From Candidatus Zhuqueibacterota bacterium (lineage in GTDB: Bacteria; BS750m-G25), in NCBI GenBank assembly GCA_016783505.1, contig JADHWK010000003.1:1-64000 (forward strand): 64,000 nucleotides of DNA, read 5' to 3'. Positions 38,121 to 48,523 of this stretch are shown piece by piece. How positions within the stretch are numbered: position 1 is the first letter of the stretch; each line of letters begins with the position of its first letter. The notes under the pieces were generated by a model. It was not told the origin of the DNA. It saw only the letters and a program-made list of their open reading frames with translations, and did not search any database. Position numbers and translations under genes: made by a program.

Positions 38121-38891
38121 TCAAAAACTCCCACTGGCCCCGCCCCCGCCGGACATCCCCCCACCGAAGCCGCCGAAGCCGCCGCCAAAACCGCCACCCC
38201 CGAAGCCTCCACCAAAACCACCACCCCGGGGCCCACCACCCAGAAACATTCCTAAGAGCAACCATCCGAAAGGGGACCGGGAACGGGTCAAAAGGAAGAT
38301 GAGAAAGATAAAAAACAAAAGTCCGAACAGCCCCTTACCCCTCCCGCCGGGCCGGCTGGCCCGGGGGACGGCCTTTGGTTTTCCTGTCAATGTAACCCTG
38401 GCATCGTCAGCGATAACCTGGGCCAGCGCCAGCATCCCATTATAAAGGCCTTCCCCATAGTGACCATTTCTAAGGAAGGGTAACATATATTCATCCCTGA
38501 TTCCCCCCACCTTGCCGTCCGGGAGGATACCCTCCACACCATAGCCCGTCTCAATGCGAACTTTTCGCTCCTTAAGGGTTAGAAAGATCAAAACCCCCTT
38601 ATCTTCCCCCTTTTTGCCGATCCCCCAGGCCTGATAAAGTTCAGTAGCATACGTGAAGTGATCTAGATCTCCGGTAGTTTCCACCGTGACGAGGACGATA
38701 GTGGTCCCCGTTTTCTGGAGCACCTCTCGGGACAGGCGATCCATCTTTAGTTCAAAGGCAGCCGGAATGATCCCGGCGAAGTCGTTGACCAGTCCTTTAG
38801 GTTTGGGAAATTTCTGTCCCTGGCCGAATCCTACCCGGGTTCCGATAAAAATCAGGAACAAAAGCAGCGCTTTATTGGAAAATTTCATCAT
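38121..38891 (-). CDS. TPM-domain (YgcG-like) membrane protein
   Basis: VNDFAGII, WGIGKKG.DKGVL, RIETGYGVEG, Gly-rich tail. Confidence 0.9.
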   Translation of the reverse strand: MMKFSNKALLLFLIFIGTRVGFGQGQKFPKPKGLVNDFAGIIPAAFELKMDRLSREVLQKTGTTIVLVTVETTGDLDHFTYATELYQAWGIGKKGEDKGVLIFLTLKERKVRIETGYGVEGILPDGKVGGIRDEYMLPFLRNGHYGEGLYNGMLALAQVIADDARVTLTGKPKAVPRASRPGGRGKGLFGLLFFIFLIFLLTRSRSPFGWLLLGMFLGGGPRGGGFGGGFGGGGFGGGFGGFGGGMSGGGGASGSF

Positions 38892-38998
38892 AGCATAAAT
38901 ATAATATTTTTTCTTTTAAAGTCAATGTTTTTCTTTAAAAAAAGCCATAGCAGTATTGCCCACTATGGCTTTGAATGTGAAGGTTATAATAGGCCCGT

Positions 38999-40000
38999 TC
39001 AGTTCTGCTTATTTTCTGACAATCTTTCCCTCCTGGTTCTTTTCACCTCCTGGATGACGTGTTGCACCACCTTCTTGGTGGGGACAAAGATATTGAAACT
39101 GAGCCTTATCTCCAGGTCGGCTATCCCCTTAAAGCTGCTTTGATACCGGATGCCCGTATCCGTGGACAACCAATCGGTGATAAAATAGCGGATCCCGCCC
39201 AGACCCAGGTAAATCTGTTTGACATCCACCAGGGTATCTTCAACATTGTACTGCAAGTGGGGAACCAACGTCACCTCAAACATATATCGGGTGGTGGGAT
39301 TGGCATCAATGGTGAGGCCGGCAAACCCGCCTATCAGATTTTGCTGCCTTTCGGTGGGTTCCTCTTTGGTTGACCAATCATAAAATTGGGTATTTACCCC
39401 CTTGACCCTGACATCAGTAAGGCTTACCCCACCGTGAAAGCCCACCGGACCCAGATATTCACTCACAACCCCATACAGGGTGGTAAAACGGGTATCGTAG
39501 CCGATATGGATGATTCCATTTTTTGCAAATTCGTCATTAGCCCTCAGATAGTCCCCCGCAGCCACAATTCCATTCCAACCCCCTTTCCAGCCATTGGTGT
39601 TAAATCCCCCGGTAGTCTGCAGAAACACAGCAGCGATAGGAAACCATTCCCAGCCGAATAGCTCCTCGGGCAAGAGCTGCATCTTAAACCCCGAGGTTGG
39701 GATAGAGGTTGAGCCGGCGGTGATGTTGTTGGCCAACCTGCTGGTAGTGATCTGAACCTCGGCCACGTTCCCCAGACCGATGCCGATGTTATGCAGAAAT
39801 GAGCCGTCCATATTCACCCCGAAGGCGCTGCCGGCGGTCAGATCAACGTCCATGGCCCGCAACACCTTAGCGGTGGGGCTGATGAAAAGCCGGGACGGAC
39901 CGCTCAATTCCTGGGCGTAGGCCGCCAGACCATAAAAACACAGGCAACCCAAGATCACCCATCTCCATCTTTTGGAATTCTTAATCATTTTTCCCTCCAT
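38999..40000 (-). CDS. Hypothetical outer-membrane beta-rich protein
   Basis: Signal peptide, PTAKVL motif, amphipathic beta strands. Confidence 0.55.
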   Translation of the reverse strand: MEGKMIKNSKRWRWVILGCLCFYGLAAYAQELSGPSRLFISPTAKVLRAMDVDLTAGSAFGVNMDGSFLHNIGIGLGNVAEVQITTSRLANNITAGSTSIPTSGFKMQLLPEELFGWEWFPIAAVFLQTTGGFNTNGWKGGWNGIVAAGDYLRANDEFAKNGIIHIGYDTRFTTLYGVVSEYLGPVGFHGGVSLTDVRVKGVNTQFYDWSTKEEPTERQQNLIGGFAGLTIDANPTTRYMFEVTLVPHLQYNVEDTLVDVKQIYLGLGGIRYFITDWLSTDTGIRYQSSFKGIADLEIRLSFNIFVPTKKVVQHVIQEVKRTRRERLSENKQN

Positions 40001-40047
40001 TTTTAGTTATTCATTACAGACTTTTTACAGTTGGCGCTCCACTCCAA

Positions 40048-40980
40048 TTATTCCCCCAGAATAACCCCCCATTCTACCACAGTAAATCCCTGACGGATAA
40101 AAGAATCTGTGGGGGGCTCAGGCATTTCAACTGGAATGTCCTTCGTTTCAATATAAAACCAATATCGTAAAATCGAATCTGGGTTTGGTGTGATGTCCAG
40201 GGCGATGATACTATCCAGAACCGATCTGTTTTGGGGATAAACGAGATAAAAGTCAGCTTCGGGCAGATTAGGCATCCAATACTCAATAAAGTCGTTACTT
40301 TCCCCTTCATTGAAACCCAACTCAATAAGCTTCTCATCAAACCAGGGACCGAGATCCTCCCGTGCAACACACCATCCTTCTTCAGTGTGGGGAACTGCGG
40401 CCATCTGGGCTTCGTAGAAAAGGTAATCGTATTGACCGTCAATCTTTCCTCCTGGTTGAACCCAAATGGACCAACTACCTGCATAGTGCGGTTCTGATTG
40501 TATGACCGCACCGGGGACCTTAAAGTCCAGCCTTACAGTAATCCGCATCGTCACAGAAGGATAAAGATAAATATTTGGTTTTCTAATATTTCCCTCCACC
40601 TGAATATTAGGGACACAAGTAACTTCTCCACTTTTTACTTGTACATTCCTGAGAGTATCTGCCCAAATTAACGGTGTGGATATCATCACATCATAGCTTC
40701 CTGGGTATAATTCCTCAATGACGTAATTTCCCAAGCTATCCGTGGAATCGGAGGCGATTCTTTGCCCTTCTTGCCAGGCATCTACCTGAATGTCTCTTAA
40801 TCCCTGTGTAGAATCAGCGGCGGAGACGACCCGACCTTGAATAGAACCCGTCTCGTCCCCTTCAGTTGGTTGCTTTTCCCCGCAACCCATCCAAAGAATA
40901 AGACCGATCCCTAACAGAACAGAAAAAAACTTTAACATTCCCCTTCCTTTTCTGACTTTTGACCTTGTTCTCTTTCTCAC
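40048..40980 (-). CDS. Hypothetical lipoprotein (carboxypeptidase-regulatory-like domain + KPNIYLYP domain)
   Basis: Lipobox WMGC, GSIQGRV, KPNIYLYP, FIEYW, VVEWGV. Confidence 0.6.
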   Translation of the reverse strand: MRKRTRSKVRKGRGMLKFFSVLLGIGLILWMGCGEKQPTEGDETGSIQGRVVSAADSTQGLRDIQVDAWQEGQRIASDSTDSLGNYVIEELYPGSYDVMISTPLIWADTLRNVQVKSGEVTCVPNIQVEGNIRKPNIYLYPSVTMRITVRLDFKVPGAVIQSEPHYAGSWSIWVQPGGKIDGQYDYLFYEAQMAAVPHTEEGWCVAREDLGPWFDEKLIELGFNEGESNDFIEYWMPNLPEADFYLVYPQNRSVLDSIIALDITPNPDSILRYWFYIETKDIPVEMPEPPTDSFIRQGFTVVEWGVILGE

Positions 40981-42215
40981 CCTACATTCGGCTCCACAAT
41001 TTTCCCTATAAATAGTAATGTTTGGGAATGATTTTCTCGGATCACAAATACAAAGGGGCGATCTACGCGCATGAAAATAATATTTCTCGGCCCAACAGAC
41101 GTTCTCTCTATCGCAACAACAGTAACTGCAGCAGCTTCGGTTCCTTCTTCGTTTACTTCTACAAATGTTTTATGCTTCACGTAGCTAATAAATAAACCAC
41201 CTGGTTTATACATTTTTGTAAAATCCGCTTGATTGGGATTGAAGGCGATTTCCATTCCCAATGTCTCCAACACGTCATTCAAAGTCAATTCATATTCGAG
41301 TGTGAACTTTGGAAAGAACAAGTTTACTGACCGCATAGAGAAACTATTTATCCAATAATCCCAATTCTCCTGACTGAACTTCGCTATCATTGAATCTATA
41401 TCAGTTTGCGGGTTTGGAAGAAAAATCATCATACTAAACCCGGCATCACCATAAGGTAAATCAATAGCTCGAAAATCAGCATTTGAGAAATAGTTAAAAT
41501 CACCCTCCAGCGTCATTATTTTGCACGACTTTTGGGAACCATCGGGCAAAGTAAACCAATCATCTTGCGTCAGGTCTTCATCAAATTCGTAAGTCCAGGT
41601 GCCTTTAAAATAAATAGCATTAATCAGAAACATAACTGTTAAAGGATCAATATGATCAACGATTTCTTCAATCTTTCCATTGGTCTTTTCATCAACCCAC
41701 TGATTAATGATGTCGGAAGCATTGGGATCGTTAAAATTCAAGCCTCTTACTTCTGCATTGAAATAGGTTCTATTGAGGTTGATGAATTCCTCTTCAAAAG
41801 CCATTTCCTGACGGTACCAGATGGAATTGGCAATTTGAAATGTTACTTCGGGATCGAGCTGAGTTAATAATTCGATCAAACTTTTGTAGGATTGATTGAT
41901 TTCTTCTGTTGTCATACCACCCAGCTCAAGGGTTTCTTCCATCGCTTCTTTAGTTGTACCATTGGCCCCGTTGTAAGTCATTCCCAACGCCATCGAAACA
42001 CTTAACGGAGAGATAAAAACATTTTTATCCTCTTCCTCTTTAATAATCTCCTTGAAAAGTTTGAGCCCGAATTTGTTGTCCGATTCCACCAAACGCTTTT
42101 CGGCTACAGTTAATTCATGTGGAGTTCTGTCGGTAGGTGAAACGGGATGCTTTGTGCATCGCATAAACCCAATGCAGATACAAAGTACAAGGGAGAAATT
42201 CAATGTTTTAATCAT
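40977..42215 (-). CDS. Serpin (probable lipoprotein)
   Basis: NVFISPLS, LINAIYFKGTW, hinge EEGTEAAAVT, VDRPFVFVI. Confidence 0.95.
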   Translation of the reverse strand: MIKTLNFSLVLCICIGFMRCTKHPVSPTDRTPHELTVAEKRLVESDNKFGLKLFKEIIKEEEDKNVFISPLSVSMALGMTYNGANGTTKEAMEETLELGGMTTEEINQSYKSLIELLTQLDPEVTFQIANSIWYRQEMAFEEEFINLNRTYFNAEVRGLNFNDPNASDIINQWVDEKTNGKIEEIVDHIDPLTVMFLINAIYFKGTWTYEFDEDLTQDDWFTLPDGSQKSCKIMTLEGDFNYFSNADFRAIDLPYGDAGFSMMIFLPNPQTDIDSMIAKFSQENWDYWINSFSMRSVNLFFPKFTLEYELTLNDVLETLGMEIAFNPNQADFTKMYKPGGLFISYVKHKTFVEVNEEGTEAAAVTVVAIERTSVGPRNIIFMRVDRPFVFVIRENHSQTLLFIGKIVEPNVG

Positions 42216-42317
42216 AATGCAACTCCTATCGCTAGCTACCAGTTTATTTCAAATCCCAATGCCCATTTGTCAGTGTGGAAGATATCTCCCAGGGATCGGC
42301 ATTTTATAATTAACTTT

Positions 42318-42334
42318 TGCCAAAATTATGCCAA
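42318..42334 (-). promoter_or_regulatory. sigma54 -24/-12 promoter upstream of the serpin
   Basis: TTGGCATAATTTTGGCA (GG-N10-GC). Confidence 0.55.
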
Positions 42335-42440
42335 ATTTCGAATTACAGAAAAGGGTTGAAGGAAAAGATTAAGGAAGGTAACAGTTCACCACAATATCCT
42401 ATTTCTGAATCTTTTGGTCTTTGTCAAAGTTCCCCTTTTG

Positions 42441-42487
42441 AATCCCCCCTTACTCCCCCCTTTAATAAAGGGGGGCTGGGGGGGATT
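42441..42487. repeat. C-rich/G-rich palindrome
   Basis: AATCCCCCCTTACTCCCCCCTTTAATAAAGGGGGGCTGGGGGGGATT. Confidence 0.65.
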
Positions 42488-42657
42488 TAGTGGGGAAACG
42501 AAATAGAGCCAAATTTACAAATCATCATATTCGTTCTTCTTTGGGCCTGGTTGACTTGTTGTGAAGGGATCCCGATATTTCGGGAGTGGCTGAACTGTTA
42601 CTAAGGGGGGAAATCTATCAGATTTCTGAGGGGGGTTATCAAATATCTGAGGGGCGG

Positions 42658-43710
42658 TTAGAAATGATATTCCATACCGATGAAAGCGAGCCTTTTCTCA
42701 TAAAACCTATTTCGGTATAGGGATTCATTTCGCAACCATCGTATCCGTAGCAGGGCTGATAGTTTTTGGGAAAGGTCTTGTGACAACTCGAGGACAAAGA
42801 TATTATCCTCCCTGCTTTCAGTATCCAGGTTAAGGAGCAGAAGTTGGTCAATGGGATCGAGGTAGGTCTTTAATTGCATGGCGGAATAGAACCTGATCAT
42901 CAAATTAGGGGTTAGGTTTTTGGCAAATAGGAGAAAAACATGGTGCCTTTGGTATGAATACCCAAGACTGTTAGAACGGTCGTTCTCAAAGGAATAACTC
43001 AATCTTAAAAGAAGTCCCCGGTAGTACTCCAGGGAAAAAGATGCAAGATAGATCTTGTCAACCTGGTGCCTGCCGGAACCCAAAGCATTCCGCTGAAAAA
43101 ATGGTCTGTCCAAATCCATCTTAACTCCAAACGTCAACTTTTTGAAAAGCCTTTTGGTCAATGAAAATCCCATGGCAGTTGAGGAGTAGTTGAAGAATTC
43201 ATTAGCAGGACAGGAGAGGAAAGAATAGCGGGCGGTCACCTCCCCCCGAATGCCCTTGAGAAGTAAAAATCCCCAAAACAGCTCCCCGTGACCCAGCCAG
43301 TAGTCCCTTTGGTCATCGCCGTAGTTCTTATTTCGCAACCTACCCCCCGCCCCCAGGACCCCCCCCTGTCTTAACCGGTGCACTCCCATTCCTTCCATTT
43401 CGTGGACAAACCGCGTTTCAAGGGGATTTCCCATATAAAGACGGTAGCCGCCCCGATAGTTCAAATTTAAAGATAGATCACTCTTGATCGCCGTTTTCTT
43501 ACCAAGGCTAACTAATAACCCAGCAACCCCATCACTAGTGGTCATGTCAGGATCCTCAAAGATATTATTGTCATATCCAGCAATCACTTGCAACTTAGCC
43601 TTGAGCTTGGCATCCTGTCCAAGGGCCATAGGGAAATATAGGGATAAAAAAATGGGTGCACTCAGCAAGGGCATCCACAAGGCAAATCCCTTTCGCCGTA
43701 GATTTTCCAT
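42658..43710 (-). CDS. Hypothetical outer-membrane beta-barrel protein
   Basis: Signal peptide, GYDNNIF, C-terminal GMEYHF. Confidence 0.65.
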   Translation of the reverse strand: MENLRRKGFALWMPLLSAPIFLSLYFPMALGQDAKLKAKLQVIAGYDNNIFEDPDMTTSDGVAGLLVSLGKKTAIKSDLSLNLNYRGGYRLYMGNPLETRFVHEMEGMGVHRLRQGGVLGAGGRLRNKNYGDDQRDYWLGHGELFWGFLLLKGIRGEVTARYSFLSCPANEFFNYSSTAMGFSLTKRLFKKLTFGVKMDLDRPFFQRNALGSGRHQVDKIYLASFSLEYYRGLLLRLSYSFENDRSNSLGYSYQRHHVFLLFAKNLTPNLMIRFYSAMQLKTYLDPIDQLLLLNLDTESREDNIFVLELSQDLSQKLSALLRIRWLRNESLYRNRFYEKRLAFIGMEYHF

Positions 43711-43974
43711 ATAATTTCTGTTTTACTTTTTAGTCAGCTAAAAACGAATGGGACAAATTAACAGATTCTATCTAAAAAACTGTAACTGTTTGGCCATCTG
43801 AAGTTAAAAGACGGCAGAGGGGCTGCGGAGCAGAGGGGAAAAATCCCTTTTTACTCTTCACTCTTGCTCCTCTGCTCCCCTGCACCCTTGCCCTTCCATT
43901 TTGATCAGTCGGGCGCCTGACCGATACTTTCCCATTCGTTACTAACTTCACATAACTAAACTGGTATAAAGAAG

Positions 43975-45030
43975 TTATTTTCCTCCGGACTTTTGCCTTT
44001 CAGCCTCCTGATAAAATCGCTCCGCTTTCTGGGACAATTCAGCCGCCTTCTTGACCAGTTCTTCCCTTTCCCGACTTAAGACATCCAACAGGGCGGCCAT
44101 ATCATTAGGTGAGTATAGCTCATCTATGACTATTTGTTCCCATAGTTGTTTCCAGGAATCAACTTCATAGGGTACCAATCCGGTTGCCCTGGCTTTAATG
44201 GCTAGCCAGTTTCCAGCCGAAAGATCTCTAACTTCTTCTGCGTAATCAGCGGTCATTGGAGCTGCAGCCTTACCCGATGATCGCAAGCCGCTGGTCGTCG
44301 GACCCCCCCTCTCGTCAAACAGGGCCGCTTCCTTCATAAATTGATCGATCTTCTCCCGTAAAATTCCTTCCTCAGTCACGTCCAATATGCATTGGTCAAG
44401 AAGAACACTCCTTGCTCGGAGCCGGTCTTCCATATCCTTGATCAGATCTGCCTTTTCCCGGATCTCCTCCGGGCCATCCAGGGGGCCGATGGTAACATCA
44501 GGGATGGCATCCTCGTCTATCTCTGTTCTTCCTGTTCTGCCCTCTAGCGCATTCTTCTCCCCCCGCAATTCCATTAATATAAAAAGGATTGCTATCTCCG
44601 TTTCCCGGTCTTTATTGAACCTGGCATCTTTCAGCGCTCGTCGGTTATAATCAATTTCAATATCATAAAGTTTCTTCAGACTATCTACCGTTGTACGGTG
44701 TACCTCTTGGACCCTGGCAATCTGGCTGCCTACCTGATCGAGCTGGGCCGATAGCTGCTGGGACTTTTTCAAAGCCCGATCGAGATTAAATCTCCCTACG
44801 AATCCCAGGTTTTCCTTTTCCTTTAAATCCGATATTTTCTGGGCCAGATGGCCAGCTTTCTTGGTTAACTCCTGCTGCTTTTCCTTCAAGGTTAACAATT
44901 CCGCTTCGATCTTCTCCACCTCCGCCCTCTTCCCCTCCAGGTCGCTCCCCTGGCTCTGGACCTTCCCAGTTATAAAAATAAGGATGAGAAAGAGGAACAG
45001 GACCGATCTTTTCTTTAACAAGGTCATCAT
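43975..45030 (-). CDS. Hypothetical secreted coiled-coil protein
   Basis: Signal peptide, long heptad-rich helices; overlaps the regulator stop. Confidence 0.6.
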   Translation of the reverse strand: MMTLLKKRSVLFLFLILIFITGKVQSQGSDLEGKRAEVEKIEAELLTLKEKQQELTKKAGHLAQKISDLKEKENLGFVGRFNLDRALKKSQQLSAQLDQVGSQIARVQEVHRTTVDSLKKLYDIEIDYNRRALKDARFNKDRETEIAILFILMELRGEKNALEGRTGRTEIDEDAIPDVTIGPLDGPEEIREKADLIKDMEDRLRARSVLLDQCILDVTEEGILREKIDQFMKEAALFDERGGPTTSGLRSSGKAAAPMTADYAEEVRDLSAGNWLAIKARATGLVPYEVDSWKQLWEQIVIDELYSPNDMAALLDVLSREREELVKKAAELSQKAERFYQEAERQKSGGK

Positions 45031-46415
45031 TTTATCAAACCATATTTTTGCAATTTGTAGTAAAGGGCACTGGTTCTGATCCCCAACAATCGAGCGGCCT
45101 CGGTTTTCACCCCTCCGGCCCGAGCCAGGGCTTTTTTGATCAATTGCATCTCCGTGGCTCCCAAGGTATCGTTAAGCTTCAGGGTTTCCCCACGGATGGT
45201 TGACCAGCCCTGGCCGGGGCCCCACCGGACCAGCAGCGGCAGATCTTCGGGGTCGATACTATCCCCATCACACAGCACCAGGGCCCGCTCCACCAGGTTT
45301 TCCAGCTCCCGAACGTTCCCCGGCCAATCATAATCCATCAGCACCCTGATGGCATCCTCCTCCATACGAACGCCCCGCTTGTTAGTCTCCTCACCAATTT
45401 TGTTAAGAAAATGCTCCACCAGTAGGGGGATATCTTCCTTCCGCTCCCTTAAGGGGGGCACCTCAATGGGGATTATGTGCAGCCGGTAATAGAGGTCTTC
45501 CCGAAAGTGTCCTTTTTCCACCCGCTCCAGCAGATCTTTGTTGGTGGCAGCGATTATCCTTACGTCAACCGAGATGGTTACCTCCCCCCCGACCCGTTCA
45601 AACTCCTTTTCCTGCAATACCCGGATTAGTCTAATCTGGGTATTAGGGGGAATGTCCCCAATCTCATCCAAGAACAAGGTTCCCTTGTCGGCAAGTTCAA
45701 AGCGTCCCATCTTACGTTTAATAGCCCCGGTGAAGGCTCCTTTCTCATGGCCGAAGAGCTCGCTTTCCAACAGCCCCTCGGCCAGGGCTCCGCAGTTGAC
45801 CCGGATGAAGGGGTTCTGGGCTCGGCGGCTGGTGAAGTGGATGGCCCGGGCCACCAGCTCCTTTCCCGTGCCGCTTTCTCCGTAAATGAGGACCGAGGAG
45901 TCGCTATCGGCAACCTTCTCGATGGTCCGGTAGACCCCCTGCATTCGGTCCGAACTCCCAACAATTTCCCCGTAGTTGAACCTGACCCCGATCTCCTGGC
46001 GAAGGTATTCGTTCTCCCGCCTCAGCCGCTTCATCCTTTCCCTTTCATCCCGGAGGTCCAGGACTTTCTGAACCTTAACCTCAAGTTCGTGGGGCGAAAA
46101 GGGCTTGGTGATAAAGTCGGCCGCCCCCAGTTTCATAGCCTCAACCGCTAAGTCAATGGTCCCGTAGGCAGTAATCACGATCACATCTACCCTATCCTCC
46201 CCGGACTCAGGCTTCAAGTTCCTCAGAACCTCAATCCCATCTACCTCATCCATCCGATAGTCGGTGATCACCAACTGGGGATTTATCCGTGAAAACAACC
46301 GCAGACCTTCGGGACCGCTGGGAGCCTCGAAGACCTCCTGACCCATACGCTTCAGGATCTGGCAGATCCCCTCCCTCATGGTATCGTTGTCCTCAATGAC
46401 TAAAATTTTAGCCAA
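45027..46415 (-). CDS. sigma54-dependent NtrC-family response regulator
   Basis: Receiver, GESGTGKE, GAFTGA, FLDEIG, FREDLYYRL, Fis HTH. Confidence 0.95.
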   Translation of the reverse strand: MAKILVIEDNDTMREGICQILKRMGQEVFEAPSGPEGLRLFSRINPQLVITDYRMDEVDGIEVLRNLKPESGEDRVDVIVITAYGTIDLAVEAMKLGAADFITKPFSPHELEVKVQKVLDLRDERERMKRLRRENEYLRQEIGVRFNYGEIVGSSDRMQGVYRTIEKVADSDSSVLIYGESGTGKELVARAIHFTSRRAQNPFIRVNCGALAEGLLESELFGHEKGAFTGAIKRKMGRFELADKGTLFLDEIGDIPPNTQIRLIRVLQEKEFERVGGEVTISVDVRIIAATNKDLLERVEKGHFREDLYYRLHIIPIEVPPLRERKEDIPLLVEHFLNKIGEETNKRGVRMEEDAIRVLMDYDWPGNVRELENLVERALVLCDGDSIDPEDLPLLVRWGPGQGWSTIRGETLKLNDTLGATEMQLIKKALARAGGVKTEAARLLGIRTSALYYKLQKYGLIK

Positions 46416-46691
46416 AACACCACCCTAATTATAAATCCGAAATTCGAATACCTGCCCGCCACCCACAGGGTTGGACAGACGGGTCGAAATCTCTCAGGGC
46501 CGTTGGCTCTACGAGCCAGAGACCGAAACAAACTCAAATCCCAACTGTTCGGGACAATATCAAAACTCAAGAAATAGGGAATATCATTTTGCCAACCGGA
46601 GTTACCCCGAAGCTTCGGGGTAACTCCAGTTATTGTTTTTATTTTGTTTTAAATTTTGGTCCTCGGTCAGGCGCCGGACTGATCGGATTTT

Positions 46692-48122
46692 TCAACGTAT
46701 TTTATTATTACGGGGTAACCAGATACTAAATTTCAACCCCCCACTTTTAAGCCTTTGCGCTCCTATTCTTCCGCCGTTGTCCTCCACCAGCTTCTTGACC
46801 ATAGCCAGTCCCAGCCCGGTCCCCTGCTCATGGGTAGTGAAAAAGGGATCGAACAGCTTATGCATCAAATCGTCGGAAATCCCCTTCCCCGTGTCTTCAA
46901 AATCAATCACCATCCATTCCCTGTTGGGGACGGTCCTAATCGTAATCAAGCCACCATCGGGCATGGCCTGTATTGAATTCTTAATTAAGTTCAGGAAAAC
47001 CTGTTGCAGTTGCCGAGGGTCAACGAAGATAGTACTGTTCCCCCCCAGTTCTTGTAAATCTATTTTTACCCGGGTTTTTTCCAGGTCGTGGGAAATCACG
47101 GCCCGGACTTCTGCCATCACATCGGACATCACACAGTGTTTGGGATCAGGTTTGCTGGGCCGGGCGTAGTCCAGAAATTCGTTGATGATACCCTTCAAAT
47201 TTTTCACCTCCTTCAATATTTTCTGGGCCCGTTCTCGCTGCTCTTGATCCTCTCCCGATTCATCGGAAATTAGATTGGCGAAAATTTCAATCCCCCCCAG
47301 CGGATTTCTGATCTCGTGGGCTACCCCGGCCAGCATAGTCTTCTGCTGGTGATCCCGGCGGAGGATGTTATCCTTCATGTCGTCCAGGGTCTCAGCCAGG
47401 AAGCCTATCTCACCCCCGCTTTTCACTGAGATAGGCTTTTGATAGTTGCCGGCGCCGATTTCTTTGGCGGCGACCACCAGTCTTTTGATGGGATTAACAA
47501 TAGTTTTGGAAAAAAGAACGGCGATTAAAACAGCTGCTAGAACGCTTATTATCCCGATTATAAATAGGTTTCTCCTGATTGACCGAATTGATGCCAGAAA
47601 GGTGGCACTGGCATCCACCCCCAGCACCGCCATAACTTCCCCGTTGACAAAAACCGGCCAGTATCCCGACTTATAAAATAAACCGTCAACCCCTTTGAAA
47701 AGGACAGAGGCAGCAGGGATACCTTTGCGAACGGCCCTGAGTTCTACTTCATCGAACCTAAGCTTTGGGTAGTCTATCCCTATGGGAACTCCCTCATCCG
47801 TTTCCACTAAACTAAGCAAATTCAGATCAAAAAAGTAGATTCTTTTTACGTCGGTATTGAACCTTATACGCATTAGCTTCTGTCTAATGTTTCGATAGGT
47901 TCGACTCCCCTCATCCCCTGGTCGTAGTTGGATTACCCCCTCCCCATCAATCTGGGCGGTTACGGCGCCGGCCACAGCAATCAGCTTCTTACCCAGCTCG
48001 TCGTCCAAACTATCCCGGGCTGCGGTATAGAGCAAAAATCCGCAGAACCCCACCACGAGGACAACCATAGCAGATAGGACAAAAACCAATCGGCTTAGAA
48101 TCCTGTTCTTAAGAATTACCAT
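46692..48122 (-). CDS. HAMP sensor histidine kinase (NtrB/ZraS-like)
   Basis: Two TM, AHEIRNPL, NLIKNSIQA, DTGKGI, GTGLGL. Confidence 0.93.
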   Translation of the reverse strand: MVILKNRILSRLVFVLSAMVVLVVGFCGFLLYTAARDSLDDELGKKLIAVAGAVTAQIDGEGVIQLRPGDEGSRTYRNIRQKLMRIRFNTDVKRIYFFDLNLLSLVETDEGVPIGIDYPKLRFDEVELRAVRKGIPAASVLFKGVDGLFYKSGYWPVFVNGEVMAVLGVDASATFLASIRSIRRNLFIIGIISVLAAVLIAVLFSKTIVNPIKRLVVAAKEIGAGNYQKPISVKSGGEIGFLAETLDDMKDNILRRDHQQKTMLAGVAHEIRNPLGGIEIFANLISDESGEDQEQRERAQKILKEVKNLKGIINEFLDYARPSKPDPKHCVMSDVMAEVRAVISHDLEKTRVKIDLQELGGNSTIFVDPRQLQQVFLNLIKNSIQAMPDGGLITIRTVPNREWMVIDFEDTGKGISDDLMHKLFDPFFTTHEQGTGLGLAMVKKLVEDNGGRIGAQRLKSGGLKFSIWLPRNNKIR

Positions 48123-48154
48123 GGAATATTTTTTTATTTCTATAATTTTTTAAA

Positions 48155-48215
48155 TGCAATTATAATGCCAGAGTCGTTACACTTTAATTATAAAGAATAT
48201 TCTTTTATAAATCAA
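48155..48215 (-). promoter_or_regulatory. Tandem sigma70 and sigma54 promoters for the two-component operon
   Basis: TTGATT-17bp-TATAAT (48215-48187) and TGGCATTATAATTGCA (48170-48155). Confidence 0.65.
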
Positions 48216-48301
48216 GGATTTTTTGAAAATAATAATAAAAAAAAGCCCATGGATATAAATCCAATGGGTTTTGCATGGTAACAAATTTTAACAAGAAAAA
48301 T

Positions 48302-48425
48302 GCTCCAGAGGAGGGATCCTTCAAAAGCCGGACTTCCACATCGTTCTAGCTCGAACCCCCATCCCGAACCTTCGGGATAACCCGTCTGCCACTCATAAAG
48401 TGAGGCGGGCAGGCAGCCACCCGCT
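48302..48425 (-). repeat. Degenerate tRNA-Asn copy 1 (3' two-thirds) with two inserts and one replacement
   Basis: GCTCCAGAGGAGGGA..CTCGAACCCCC..AAC..AGCCACCCGCT matches 50843-50894. Confidence 0.85.
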
Positions 48426-48523
48426 AAATTAAACTACGCAGGAAGTCTCGTCCCCCATGAGATTTAAGTTCCCTCTCACGCCGCAATGCTGCGCATGGGG
48501 ATTTACCTTCTTTTTTGTAAAAT

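Noticed and set aside
38121-38240. GC-rich tandem repeat and Pro-rich plus-strand ORFs
   Set aside because: This is the ordinary Gly-rich tail of the TPM protein.
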